Shown: in pieces, positions 36,656 through 47,671 of the stretch
How positions within the stretch are numbered: the first letter of the stretch is position 1
Layout: the number at the start of each line of letters is the position of its first letter
From: Balanoglossus misakiensis
Taxonomy: Eukaryota; Animalia; Hemichordata
NCBI GenBank assembly: GCA_040954595.2
Contig: CM082583.2
Span: 9,162,254-9,226,253, forward strand
Reading direction: 5' to 3'
Length of the DNA stretch: 64,000 nt
The notes under the pieces: generated by a model
Database searches by the model: none
What the model was told of the DNA's origin: nothing
The model's input: the letters and a program-made list of their open reading frames with translations, nothing else
Program-made: the position numbers and the translations under genes

Positions 36656-39045
36656 CGCGTATTAATTATATTAAACCAACAGTCTAAGGGATGGGACCCA
36701 CCCGCACCGGGGATTTTATTTATGTCTATATAACTTACTTGTTACGAAACTTCATCCACTGGTCTTCATTCAGCCATGGAACATACAAACGCTCACCTCA
36801 TTGTAGTCTAGCTGCATGGCCCAAATATACCGTACAACTTACCGTACACGCATGCACACACGCATTCACAACAACGAGCACCTTTCGAAGCATTCAAAGT
36901 CGATGAACTTGTTGGTGCCGTAACAAAAATGACCCATGCACCGAGCATGTAGTCATGTTGGTTTTCAAACTGTAATGACATCCACATATGGCATCCGTAT
37001 TGTTGCATTCTTCAGATTCGTGCAAAATTGGTTCGCTGAACTGGCTACCGGCACCAGTCAGAATCGTTGAAAAATCTTAAAAATTGCCCAAAAAATGGCT
37101 AATACCGCTTACTTTGACATCATGCTTGTACAACATCATAGCATCCGCGTGGAACGTACAGCACCAGTTCATCTAGGCCTCCGATCTGCAAAATGAGGAA
37201 ACAAATTGAATGCCTATCCATGAACACGAAACCAAATATCAACCGCGTTCACCGTACGCTAAACTGTTGTTCATTCGCAAACTGTACTTCATACACGACG
37301 ACAATGTATGTTTAGGGCTTCGCTGACAGACAAGTAGCCTAAAACCACAGCATGGCACATGTATATTTACATATTTTCAAGTTTAGTCCTTCAGCCAAGC
37401 GGAACATTTTAAACTCCGACAATTTTTTTGGCAAAGACTGCATGGACACACAAATAACCGTTCCCAATGAAACGTTTCAAAGCTTATTTTTCCATTGTCT
37501 GGTAGTGTAATCCAAAATTTGCATTCGCTCACACTCGAAAACACGCTGACTACACGTGAACCCGCTACCAATTTATCGTAGCCCCCTCTAGGACCACTCC
37601 CCTTTCCCGAAAAACTACCTTGTTTTTTATGTAAAAAACTGCCACCCACCAGTAGAGCTATAACACCGACTTGTCTTAATTTGATAAACCGTACATCTCA
37701 AGTTGAGTAACGCGAAAGGATGGAATTTGTGAATTAAATCGCAGGGAAGCGTTGACTCGAGCTGTCTGACTGTGACGCATCCAATTTTTCAACGTCTGGC
37801 TTTTTAGTTGTCCGTAACTCGCCACAGAATAACCCATGTTTCCGTTCAAAAATTGAGTAAATGTGTCTACTTCTGTTACTTTACTTACCGCTGTCGTCGT
37901 GAAAACTATCCAGCGGAGAAACTCTGTTTGGGGGGCAGAGTTCTCCGCATCTTCTCGTGGTCCGTGCTGCAGCGTGGCCGTCTGACTCTCGAATGAAAAT
38001 GCACGGAAGGCTAGACGGAAATTTCCAAGTGGAGATGGTCCAGGTGGCTCCAACCAATCAGCAGCGAAGACTTTGGTCAGGCGCGTCTCAAGTCACGTCA
38101 CGTGATCCGCATCAAAAGTGCTGACATACATTTCAAACGCAAACTGCCTTTTGAAAAGCGCCCTCACCTTCCATCCGGACTGGAGTAACACCAGGCCATA
38201 AAAAACTTGCCAAAACTATTTACCGCTGGAGGCGCTATACTCTCTGCTGTCTCAGCAGGTTGCATTGCAGATTAACCTCTTGGATATTTTGAACTCATTA
38301 AAAGACAATTACAGAAAGATTATTTTGTGGAATTAATCTCTGGACTCTTGCTCCACTATGTCCAGACTGCCATGATTAGGGAGGTGACATAAACTACTGC
38401 GGTAATGGATAAGTGGAAAATAGCGTTCTGTCGCAAACCACTTTCCTCTGCGCAGACGATCAATCTCTCCCAAGTACATGTGCCCGAATTATCCACGCGG
38501 AACTAACCATTCAAACCCCAAACCTAGAGCAGATTTCATCTAAAAACAGCGAAGTGTCGGCGTCTGTCTTTTGCACTTCGCGTGTTTGGTTTACTGGACG
38601 ATGAGTCGGTCGTACTGACACCGCCCCATTTGCGTATAAGTAGTACCCTGGCATGGTTACGTGTACCTAAGCAGAACTGGAATTACTCCATCACACGTAA
38701 TGCTTACCAACAGATATATACTATGCTGCCATGACCACCAATTCCACGTCCATGGTTCGGTAAGAACAATTACCATGGTTTTATATATGAAACAAACTGA
38801 CACAAACGATGTTAAAAATTACACAGCTGCTGTGGGAGACTGTGCGCCTATAGCAACACGGGCCCTAGTGACCCGTACCAATCATGGCGCGCCAGCCTGG
38901 TTTCGACGGAAACCAAATGCTCAGGGAGGTTTAGATGAGTCATATTAATATTTGCACAGACATACATTAATTAAAAATTTCGACTCATCGCGATGGTAGT
39001 GCCATCTCCAATTTTGTCTGTGCAATTTAGCCAGGGTTTTGGTTC

Positions 39046-39053
39046 TATAAAAG
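39046..39053 (+). promoter_or_regulatory. TATA box (TATAAAAG) of FABP copy 2
   Basis: TTGGTTCTATAAAAGACCG ~125 bp upstream of ATG 39172; same context upstream of copies 3 and 4. Confidence 0.7.
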
Positions 39054-39171
39054 ACCGAAATCGGGCAGGGCTTGTCTCAGAGGCAGTGTTGCTTGCATCC
39101 GAACGACAAGTAGTGGCGGTGTTTGTCTTAGCTAACTGGTCCGATCGTACACCCCGTGTGAAGAACGCAAG

Positions 39172-39570
39172 ATGGCTTTCGCTGGCAAATGGAAGTTCGA
39201 CAGATCCGAGAACATGACTGAATTTCTGACAGCAGCGGGCGCGCCTGCCGAGGCAGCCAAAGAGGCCGGGTCCTTGTCAAGCACGGTGGAGTGCTCCAGA
39301 GCTGGCGACACAGTCACCATCAAGACTGAGACCAGCCGAGGCACCAAGGAACACACATTCCAACTTGGTAAGGAGTTCGAAATGGAGATCCCGGGTCTGG
39401 GAAAGAAGTTCAACGCCATTGCGTCCGAGGAAGGCGGGAAATTGGTGGTGAAAGGGTTGGGACCAGACGGCATAACCGAGACCCGTGAAGTCCAGGGTGA
39501 CGTCATGATAGTCAGCGTCAGCAAGGCCGGACTTGGAGTCGTCGGAAAGCGCTTCCTGAATCGTGCTTAA
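39172..39570 (+). CDS. FABP: Intronless iLBP/FABP-family protein, copy 2 (132 aa)
   Basis: MAFAGKWKFDRSENMTEFL...FQLGKEFE...TETREVQGD...VVGKRFLNRA. TATA upstream, AATAAA at 39900-39905. Confidence 0.94.
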   Translation: MAFAGKWKFDRSENMTEFLTAAGAPAEAAKEAGSLSSTVECSRAGDTVTIKTETSRGTKEHTFQLGKEFEMEIPGLGKKFNAIASEEGGKLVVKGLGPDGITETREVQGDVMIVSVSKAGLGVVGKRFLNRA

Positions 39571-41079
39571 CTTCTCTTTCTCAAGAAATCTTTCTTAGAT
39601 GTCACCGATGAGAACACTATGAAGTCTGACATTCAATTGATTTGCTGTACCTTCTTCGATCGCATTTCTGTCAATGACCAAAATCAGCTAGCGCTGACCA
39701 AGAAAACAATATGCATATTGTATAATGTACTAGTCCAGTACATGAATATGAATAATTTTTTCTACATACTGTTTCTTGCATATCGTTTCCGTTTTGTACA
39801 ACGACATTTTTCAGTAATCCCATTTCGGAATGTATCATTTTATGATTTGGATGCCCCAGTGCATGTTTGATTGTGTTTTATTTGCAAAAGTTGAACCGAA
39901 ATAAATATTATGCATTTAATTTTCTTGTGTGAAAGTGTCATACTGTATAGGGGAAACTTCGCCAACTTTTGACACCATTTTGGTTATTTTCGCTGTACTT
40001 TGACAAACTGTTACAGCCTTACTTCTATCCTGCCCATAGACTTAGTGGTGACAATTATTGACAAAATATTGACCAAAAATTAACAGCGGGACAACACAAG
40101 AACATCCACGAATTCCTATGTAGGTGTGTTTCAAACGGATGATCGCATTTCTCAAATTAATGAAATGATTTGTCAAAGTTTTACAGCCTTGTTTGTGGAC
40201 AGAGAAGCTCTGTTTCCTTCGCGCGACAAAAATGTTGTCTGGTCTTCTTTTGGGCGGGAACTGTGTTAGTAGGTTAACGTCTGCAGCAGATGGGCTTCTG
40301 TAGAATGTTATTAACCACTGGTGGGATGCACACCGATGATGATCTGTCGTTGACAACTTCGTTTCCCAGGATGTGACTCTGAATAAATTTGGCTGAAGTG
40401 GCATCCGTTACCATAGACACGGACCCCTTAAGTTTCAAGTACCCATTAGTTGCTCGCGTCTGCAGTCGATACTAGTTTGTGCCGGAGAGACCAAAAATTG
40501 CACGTGCAGGTCACAAGACAGGATGTCTTCAAATTGAAAACAATAACCACTGTTGTCGCTTGGGCCCTCAAAGTTCAAACGAAATATCAAGGGTCAAAAG
40601 TTCTAATCCATTGCGTACCCAGTTTCTAAGCAAATTCGATTCGAGTGGATAAGACGTGTGAGACTGTAATGAGCTACGGTCAACACGGTCAACCACGCCC
40701 AGTATCACCCATAACCCGTCCATCGCATTTTAACATCCATACCACAACCTCTCGATCAACACAATGACATAACATTCAAGACAAAGATATCTTGCGCTGT
40801 ACTATTTATTTAGTATGTTGAATCAAATGCAGTTATTTCTAAAAATGTCGACATTTCTCGATGCAAAACCAACTTTCCACAAGGAAAACAAGATTTCAAA
40901 ACATTAAACCATGTGGAGATCTACACTTTCAAATGCTTCATTTTGTAAGCACAGTCAGAACATCAGTACAGAATTTTGGAAAATGCGTTTCTACAGTTAT
41001 TGCATGTTGAAAATGTCAAATGCCCATTATCGTTCACCAGACGTTTTCATGAAGCGAGCGATTTCTTCGGAGAACGGAG

Positions 41080-41478
41080 TTAAGCACGATTCAGGAAGCG
41101 CTTTCCGACGACACCAACTCCTGGCTTGCTGACTGTGATTACCATGACGTCACCTTGGACTTCGCGGGTCTCGGTCACAGCATCTGGTCCCGTTCCCTTC
41201 ACCACCAATCTCCCGCCTTCCTCGGACGCGACGGCGTTGAACTTCTTTCCGAAGCCCGGGATCTCCATGTCGAACGGCTTGCCCATTTGGAACGCGTGCT
41301 CCAGGGTGCCTTTGCTGGTCTGCGTCTTGATGGTGAACTTGTCGCCGGCTTTGGAGCACTCCACCGTGCTTGACAAGGACCCGGCATCCTTTGCGGCCTC
41401 GGGCGGCGCACCAGCTGCGGTCAGGAATTCGGACATGTTCTCGGCTCTGTCAAACTTCCACTTGCCAACGAAAGCCAT
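41080..41478 (-). CDS. FABP: Intronless iLBP/FABP-family protein, copy 3 (132 aa), ~80% identical to copy 2
   Basis: MAFVGKWKFDRAENMSEFL...VVGKRFLNRA; 26/132 differences from copy 2 by hand count. Minus-strand AATAAA at 40805-40810. Confidence 0.94.
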   Translation of the reverse strand: MAFVGKWKFDRAENMSEFLTAAGAPPEAAKDAGSLSSTVECSKAGDKFTIKTQTSKGTLEHAFQMGKPFDMEIPGFGKKFNAVASEEGGRLVVKGTGPDAVTETREVQGDVMVITVSKPGVGVVGKRFLNRA

Positions 41479-41591
41479 CTTGCGTTCTTCACACGGGGTT
41501 TACGATCGGACCAGTCAGCGTAGTGCAAAGTTGCCGTGACAATTTCAATCAGTCAGCGGTGTCTGCAGTGAAGACCCAGCTGCTGCTCGGC

Positions 41592-41600
41592 CTTTATATA
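41592..41600 (-). promoter_or_regulatory. TATA box (TATATAAAG) of FABP copy 3
   Basis: Minus strand TTGGTTCTATATAAAGGCCG ~120 bp upstream of ATG 41478. Confidence 0.7.
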
Positions 41601-42236
41601 GAACCAAGTTTTCTCCAAGATAAGATAGTTGTAAACTTTTCAAAGATTGTCATTGGGTGATAGTACTGTGACTCACCACAAACAGAACTACGCCCCCGTT
41701 TTGTAAAAGTACATCTTCAATAAGCCGGTACGGGCAATTACTCTGTACTTTCTGGGGCCACAGTGTATTCAGACGTAAATGTTTCTCTAGACTGAGTCTA
41801 CAAATAAATGAACGAGTCCACGAGAAACCAATGTCAGCGAACAGAACAGAATGAACAGAACGGGACTGACCCTGCTTGACGGATGATACAACATAACGCC
41901 CTCTCTGTTCGAAACACGCGTGTACCGCTACCATCCTCGAAGTGAAAACGTTAACATCGATTGTTGTTTCTATGTCCGAGGGCGCAAAACTCATACCATG
42001 GTTTTCAAGTGGTATAACATGACAAGCAATCATCCGATGTGGAACTACATGCATCTCTGACCCAACCGCATTTAACTCCATGTAAGATGAAGGGCAATAC
42101 TGGTAGAAGATTGCGGTCCATGACTTTTGTAATCATTTCCTATAGCTTTCCGACCGAGCGTTAGTTGCGTGACAATTATGGTGATCACAGAGTTTGGCAA
42201 GAGGGGCGCCATCTACGGGCCCTGTTATCAACGCAT

Positions 42237-42565
42237 GAAGTGACGTCATTCGTGTTTGCATTCACTGGGAAACATGGAAGTCCAGAGTTTATTATTTTGT
42301 ATTTCATCCTTTTGTCCGAAATTCAATTCATGCGCAAGGCAGTACTGTGTAAGTTGACCGGTTATTGATGCACCACGCACCCATGATATCAACCCATCGA
42401 AGTGACGCTATTCGTGTTTGCATTCACTGGTCGATATGGAATCCCAGAGTTAATTTTTGCAGTTTCTTCCTTTTGTCTGGTTTTCAATTAATTCATGCGA
42501 CAGTAACAAAACATGTAAGTTGTCAATGAAAGGTTAAACGTTTAAGTTCCGTTGATCGGTTACTG
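42237..42565. repeat. Diverged two-copy direct duplication (offset 162 bp)
   Basis: GAAGTGACG..ATTCGTGTTTGCATTCACTGG...CCAGAGTT...TCCTTTTGTC...AATTCATGCG at 42237 and 42399. Confidence 0.8.
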
Positions 42566-43409
42566 ACATCGTTCCTGAGGATTCCAAACCCGGATTATTT
42601 CCTGAATGTATCGGCAAACAATGGAAGAATTGTTGTCACCGTTTTGTTCGAATGACATGTCAGAGACATCAGATTTCAAAGTGTAACTAATTCGAGAAAA
42701 ACATGCGAGTGTTTCAGCCAACCCAACCTAGTATCCTATTTAAAGTTGCATTAAACTGAACATGATTTTCTACAGATCGACAAGTTCCAACAAAATGGAT
42801 TATTTTGTTAAAATATATTTCTATAGCTTATCTAGAACCAGTTCCTTTTATAATAAAATCTCCACTGGGCAAAAACTGTGCTTACGCACAATGTACTTTG
42901 GTAATTTGTTACCAATACTCGGTCGGATTGAGTGGTTTTGATTGGGACTACTAATTTGTTTTTATAAATGACACATCCATTCGTCACTGCACAAACACAC
43001 GTAGGAAGCATCTTACAAGAACATTAAAGGCTGTTGGACTGCTTGCAAGCGAAAACAAGGATTTATTGGTTGGAACAATGCATTGAAAATGATAACAATT
43101 CACACGATAGAGCCAAATAATTGATACTTGGTGGAAGAATGTGTTTCACAAAGTAAACCACACAAAAAGCAGATTATCGAATCTCGATAAATCATACAAG
43201 AGCACAGTTTCATTTGTCCAAAGTTAGTTCCAGCATACTTTGGTATTAGCACTCATTTGTCAAACTTCCATCTTTGAAAAGCGTTCACAAACTTCTGCAA
43301 TGAGTTCTGTGTATTCTTCACAGCACGGCTTGATTTCAGCATTGCGGCTTTATTTCAGCATGGTTCCTGTCCGCTTCCACGCTTTCCAGCCTGTTTCCTC
43401 GGAGGTGCC

Positions 43410-43808
43410 TTAAACTCGTTTCAGTATGCGTTTTCCTACTACGTCGACGCCGGGTTTGGTCAGACTGATGATCATAGTGTCGCCCTGCACTTCGCGGGTC
43501 TCCGTCACGGCGTCGCTCCCCTGGCCCGTCAGCGTCAACTTGTCACCATCTGTCGACGCCACCACGGTGAATTTCTTCCCGGAGCCCAGGATCTCTATCT
43601 CGACTGGTTTGCCCAGTTTGAACGTGTACACCATCTCCCCCTTTGCAGTCTTTGACTTGATGGTGTAGTCGTCGCCGGACTTGGTGATGTCCACCACCGA
43701 CATCATGGTGTCGGCTGCTTCGGCTACATCGGCCGGTGCGCCGATGGCACGCATGAACGCCTTGAGATTCTCCGCACTCTGGAACTGCCACTGTCCAATG
43801 TAAGACAT
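43410..43808 (-). CDS. FABP: Intronless iLBP/FABP-family protein, copy 4 (132 aa)
   Basis: MSYIGQWQFQSAENLKAFMRAIG...FKLGKPVE...TETREVQGDTMIISL...VVGKRILKRV. Confidence 0.93.
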   Translation of the reverse strand: MSYIGQWQFQSAENLKAFMRAIGAPADVAEAADTMMSVVDITKSGDDYTIKSKTAKGEMVYTFKLGKPVEIEILGSGKKFTVVASTDGDKLTLTGQGSDAVTETREVQGDTMIISLTKPGVDVVGKRILKRV

Positions 43809-43927
43809 CTTGTATGCGTATATGTGCGTTCACGACGAATACTATCGGTACTGTTCGGACAGTTAAGACAGGCTCACCTCTCGAGGATAACTGTTGGAAA
43901 CTGGAGTTAAAATTCCCCGAGTCCAAC

Positions 43928-43935
43928 CTTTTATA
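43928..43935 (-). promoter_or_regulatory. TATA box (TATAAAAG) of FABP copy 4
   Basis: Minus strand CTTGGTCTATAAAAGG ~125 bp upstream of ATG 43808. Confidence 0.7.
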
Positions 43936-45413
43936 GACCAAGCTAAAGTACGGACTTAATTAATTATTCCAAATCTGGAAGTGATGCTGACATCATAGCC
44001 GGATGACAAAATTGCTGAGCTAAGATAATGTTCTTGACAGGTCTACTTAGGAACCAAACCCCCAGGCCCCACCCCATCCGCGACATACCATCACAAACGG
44101 GCCACATCACGTGACATATTAAACAAATCAACATGTTTTAAACAAAATAAGAGACTCAAACATGGGACTTAGAAATTTAATGAACTCGGGGCAATAAACC
44201 GCTAAAACTGTGTTACCCGGCTCTTGGCGAAAGTTGAAAAAAATAAGAAGTAAATATATGTTTTGAAATAAAGACGAGATTAAAGTTCTTCAATTTCGTC
44301 ATCACGTGAGCACCAAGGTACATTGTCCAGCGATTTCTATTATTTTTTGCCCTTTTATTCAACCCAAAGGGCTCAGAAGGATCACCGTGCCACTCGGAGC
44401 GCTGATACCGGATGCTGGCAATATTCCATCCGCCATTTTCATTTACGCGTGCGCAGTCAGGATGTGCATTTTTGTCACTTTCGGTTTGTCTTCAGAAGAT
44501 CAGTCAAAAATACATATAAAATGCAGCCTTACACATTTGTACTAATTCTCTCTTTTTTACCAACATGCAATTCAATGGCATTGTCCCAAATCACAATCTC
44601 CGCTGGCGATTACACAGATTGATTGTTATCCTTTTTGACATTAAAATCCGGGTGTAATTGCTTCCGACGTGTAAAACATTGTAACAAAATGGCCAGAAGG
44701 CAGCCATATTTGATCTGTTGAGACACAAATGACGCAAATATGTACATTATAGTACATTCTTATAAGGCATAGTGGTTCTGGAAATTATTGCTGCCAGCGC
44801 CGGTAGCCTTATTGGGATCGTATCAAAGCATTCTCTCGTAGAGGGCTCCGTCGCCATAGCCAGCCAGCCAACCAGCTAAAGTTCTATCATGTCCTGTTAT
44901 GGTTCTTTGTTACATAATTCGATGTCACGCCTTCAATAAAGTAGCTTCAAAGCTTCTACACGAATGCGGTGTCCATGAATAGACATGTGAGTATTTTTCA
45001 GACAAATTTTCTGGCAAAAGTCGTGATCATAATTTGAAAATTGGCCGAAGTTGACGGGTTGCAGAATCTTTAGTCGTCCGCATTTTTGATTTTACAAGCA
45101 TTATGCTCTAATATAGCTGGACCAATTCATTTTTCTATTTTTTCCTCTGATACAAGGAAGCTTATTTGATCGGGGGATCAGCCATTAGTTAATGACACAC
45201 TTGTTAACGTCGACGCATTGTTCTCTGGCGTTATCTTTGCGTCAGCACTGGTCGACATGAATGCTAAAATTGAGGCTAATGGACCCATTGACTGACACCA
45301 TATTATCACGTTTCTGAGTAAGCGCCAGCATGCCATATAACAACACCATCAATCTGCCAAGCTGACGTCGGCACACTGATAAACACAGAACATGTTATGA
45401 AAGATGACCACAA

Positions 45414-45429
45414 AGGTCACTCAAGGTCA
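45414..45429 (+). promoter_or_regulatory. Candidate DR4 nuclear receptor element AGGTCA-CTCA-AGGTCA
   Basis: Two perfect AGGTCA half-sites 4 bp apart, between FABP copies 4 and 5. Confidence 0.35.
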
Positions 45430-47126
45430 AGTGGTACTCAGTGATAGCGTTGCAGTCCTTAAGAGGGCGCTCGCAATAGGAGCATTCTACGTCTTGTTCT
45501 GGCGCCGGTCACGTCAGCAGACGGTGAACCGAGCTTGCCGTTCATGTAAAAATGTTGATCTGTCTACTATGATGATCTCATGTATGGCCTTCGAACGGCC
45601 AACATAACGATTTTTCGCCACCAGAAAGGTAGTATTTCTGTAGACGTGTCGTTGTATCCGTTACATTTGCCGATACTTCTTAACGGTACATGTACGTACC
45701 ATGTTTTTTATTTTATAAATCTTACGGTTCGAATCTGACCATAATCCCAGAAATATAACAATGCGCCCGCCATGTTAATCAACAATCACGTGGATTATAA
45801 CAGATGCGCGGCAATTAATAGGGACACTGAAGTGCCTAGAAGAGAGAAGTCCAATTTTGTGAACCGCCAGGTGGAGACGTCGGTGACATCTCGTATTGCC
45901 GCGCGCGGCGGACCTAGTATAGACATGATGAGTCACTGGAAATAATTGCCGCTACTTCTGTCCCACTTCAGATTTGCACGTCACTGCGAATATTTAACAA
46001 TCGCCCTGGATATTTTACTGTGCTAATTTATCACAGATTTGGAGTAGGACAGACAGACGATCGTCTCCGTGCTTAGTTTTTCTTTGCACAATCCAAAGTA
46101 TCATACGTCGCTTGAAGTGTACGTTGACCCCCATCCTCTGTCGTCGTGAAGCTAACACTTTGGACAAAGTGATCGCTAAGGGATGATGTCACTGGGTTTA
46201 CTCTTTAGCGCCAATCGGCAATCGGCAACCAGAAGATATGAAACCCGGGGGGGTCAGAAACGTTTGAAAGAACATAAAACGACTACGAATTAAAGCATTA
46301 TTTATCAAATTTATTTCGGTGCATACAGATCATCGCATAATAGTCAAGGTACTACAAAAACAGGATAGTATTAGATTTTTGCATTAAATAAAAGAGTTGG
46401 GACGTCACAAACCGGCAACAAATGAACACTAATTCTGGTCCTGTTGTGAAATGGCAAAAGTTCACTTCGGGAGGCCGCGGTACACTACCGAGGGCGTCAG
46501 ATGATGTATGCCTCGAATGTACACACGCGCGTGACAAAGTTCAACCAATGCAAGGGAAATGCTGCTGTAGTGGCCGCCACTGTCAACATCAAGGCCGTGG
46601 TAATTGATCTTCGGGAGACACGTCGGTATTGCTGGTTGTAGTTTACACACCTGTGTGATTGTCAACTTCAACCGATCGCCGCGTCATGTCCATGCACAGT
46701 TCTTCCCATAATGCTCCTCGAGGTCCCAGTCACTTCTCATATCGACGCGCATTCTCATCACCACAGCAACGGCGGCGTTGTTTTGTACGCCCTGTCTTTC
46801 TTCCCACTCCAGATAGTCATTGATGGAGACATTTCAACAACGCAAACCGAAGATTTTCAAAAGTCATTCGATGCCTGTAAGTGATCTGAAAGCCCTTTGG
46901 CGTAAAAGTGAAACAACTATTTCAAAGCATAAATCGCAAAATGCAACCCATTAAAAAATCAACCCACGTGCCGCTACATATTTTTTAAATCACTGAAATA
47001 GACTCCCCTTCATCAAATCACTGTTCATATACAATTTACAAAGACTAGTTCTTTTTCAAATTACGTCGTCATCTCCGAAGAGTGTTCGCACCACCGTCCG
47101 GACATGGCTGTACTCTTCACGGGCGC

Positions 47127-47528
47127 CTAAGAGCGTCTCAGGTAGCGTTTGCCGACCTCGCCGACGCCAGCCTTTGAGAGTGAAAACACCATCTCGTCTC
47201 CGTTGACCTCACGGGTCTCAACCACGCCCGAGCCGTCAGCACCCTTGATGATGAGCTTGTTGCCCTCGACGCTGGCCACGGCCTGTCGCTCCTTGCCGAC
47301 GGGTCCGAAGGCCTCGGTGAAAGGAACCCCGGGCTGGAATCGCTGCTCGATGGTGTTGCCCTTGGGGCCGGTGGAGCTCAGCACGAAGAACGCGCCGTCC
47401 TTCTTGCAGGAGAGCGAGGTAACGGCCTTCTCGGCGTTGGCGGCTTTGTCGGCCGGGGCTCCCGCAGCGATCAGGAACTTCTCGACGTTCTCGCTCTTGT
47501 AGACGGACCAGTTGCCAGCGAAAGCCAT
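47127..47528 (-). CDS. FABP: Intronless iLBP/FABP-family protein, copy 5 (133 aa)
   Basis: MAFAGNWSVYKSENVEKFLIAAG...RFQPGVPF...VETREVNGDEMVFSL...EVGKRYLRRS. Confidence 0.92.
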   Translation of the reverse strand: MAFAGNWSVYKSENVEKFLIAAGAPADKAANAEKAVTSLSCKKDGAFFVLSSTGPKGNTIEQRFQPGVPFTEAFGPVGKERQAVASVEGNKLIIKGADGSGVVETREVNGDEMVFSLSKAGVGEVGKRYLRRS

Positions 47529-47644
47529 GATGATCAGTGAAGGAACAGTAGACGGTGTCGAAAAGAATCGGGTCTGGAAGTTCTTGGTGTCTCGAACAAA
47601 CGATGATCGAACAGCTCGGAGTGAAGAACCTGGCCAAAATCAGC

Positions 47645-47671
47645 CATATTTATTGAGAATATTATGCAAAT
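47645..47671 (-). promoter_or_regulatory. TATA-like box with adjacent octamer (ATGCAAAT 47664-47671), FABP copy 5 promoter
   Basis: Same spacing and sequence context as upstream of copy 1. Confidence 0.5.

Noticed and set aside
34119-37679. TTAA-flanked DNA transposon (TTAAGACAG at 34119 and TTGTCTTAA at ~37671-37679)
   Set aside because: The inverted match is only ~8 bp including TTAA, a similar word occurs at 33688, and there is no transposase.
31586-47528. Calling the iLBPs CRBP/CRABP or specific vertebrate FABP orthologues
   Set aside because: They lack the CRBP Gln residues and the CRABP Arg-x-Tyr motif; orthology needs a phylogeny.
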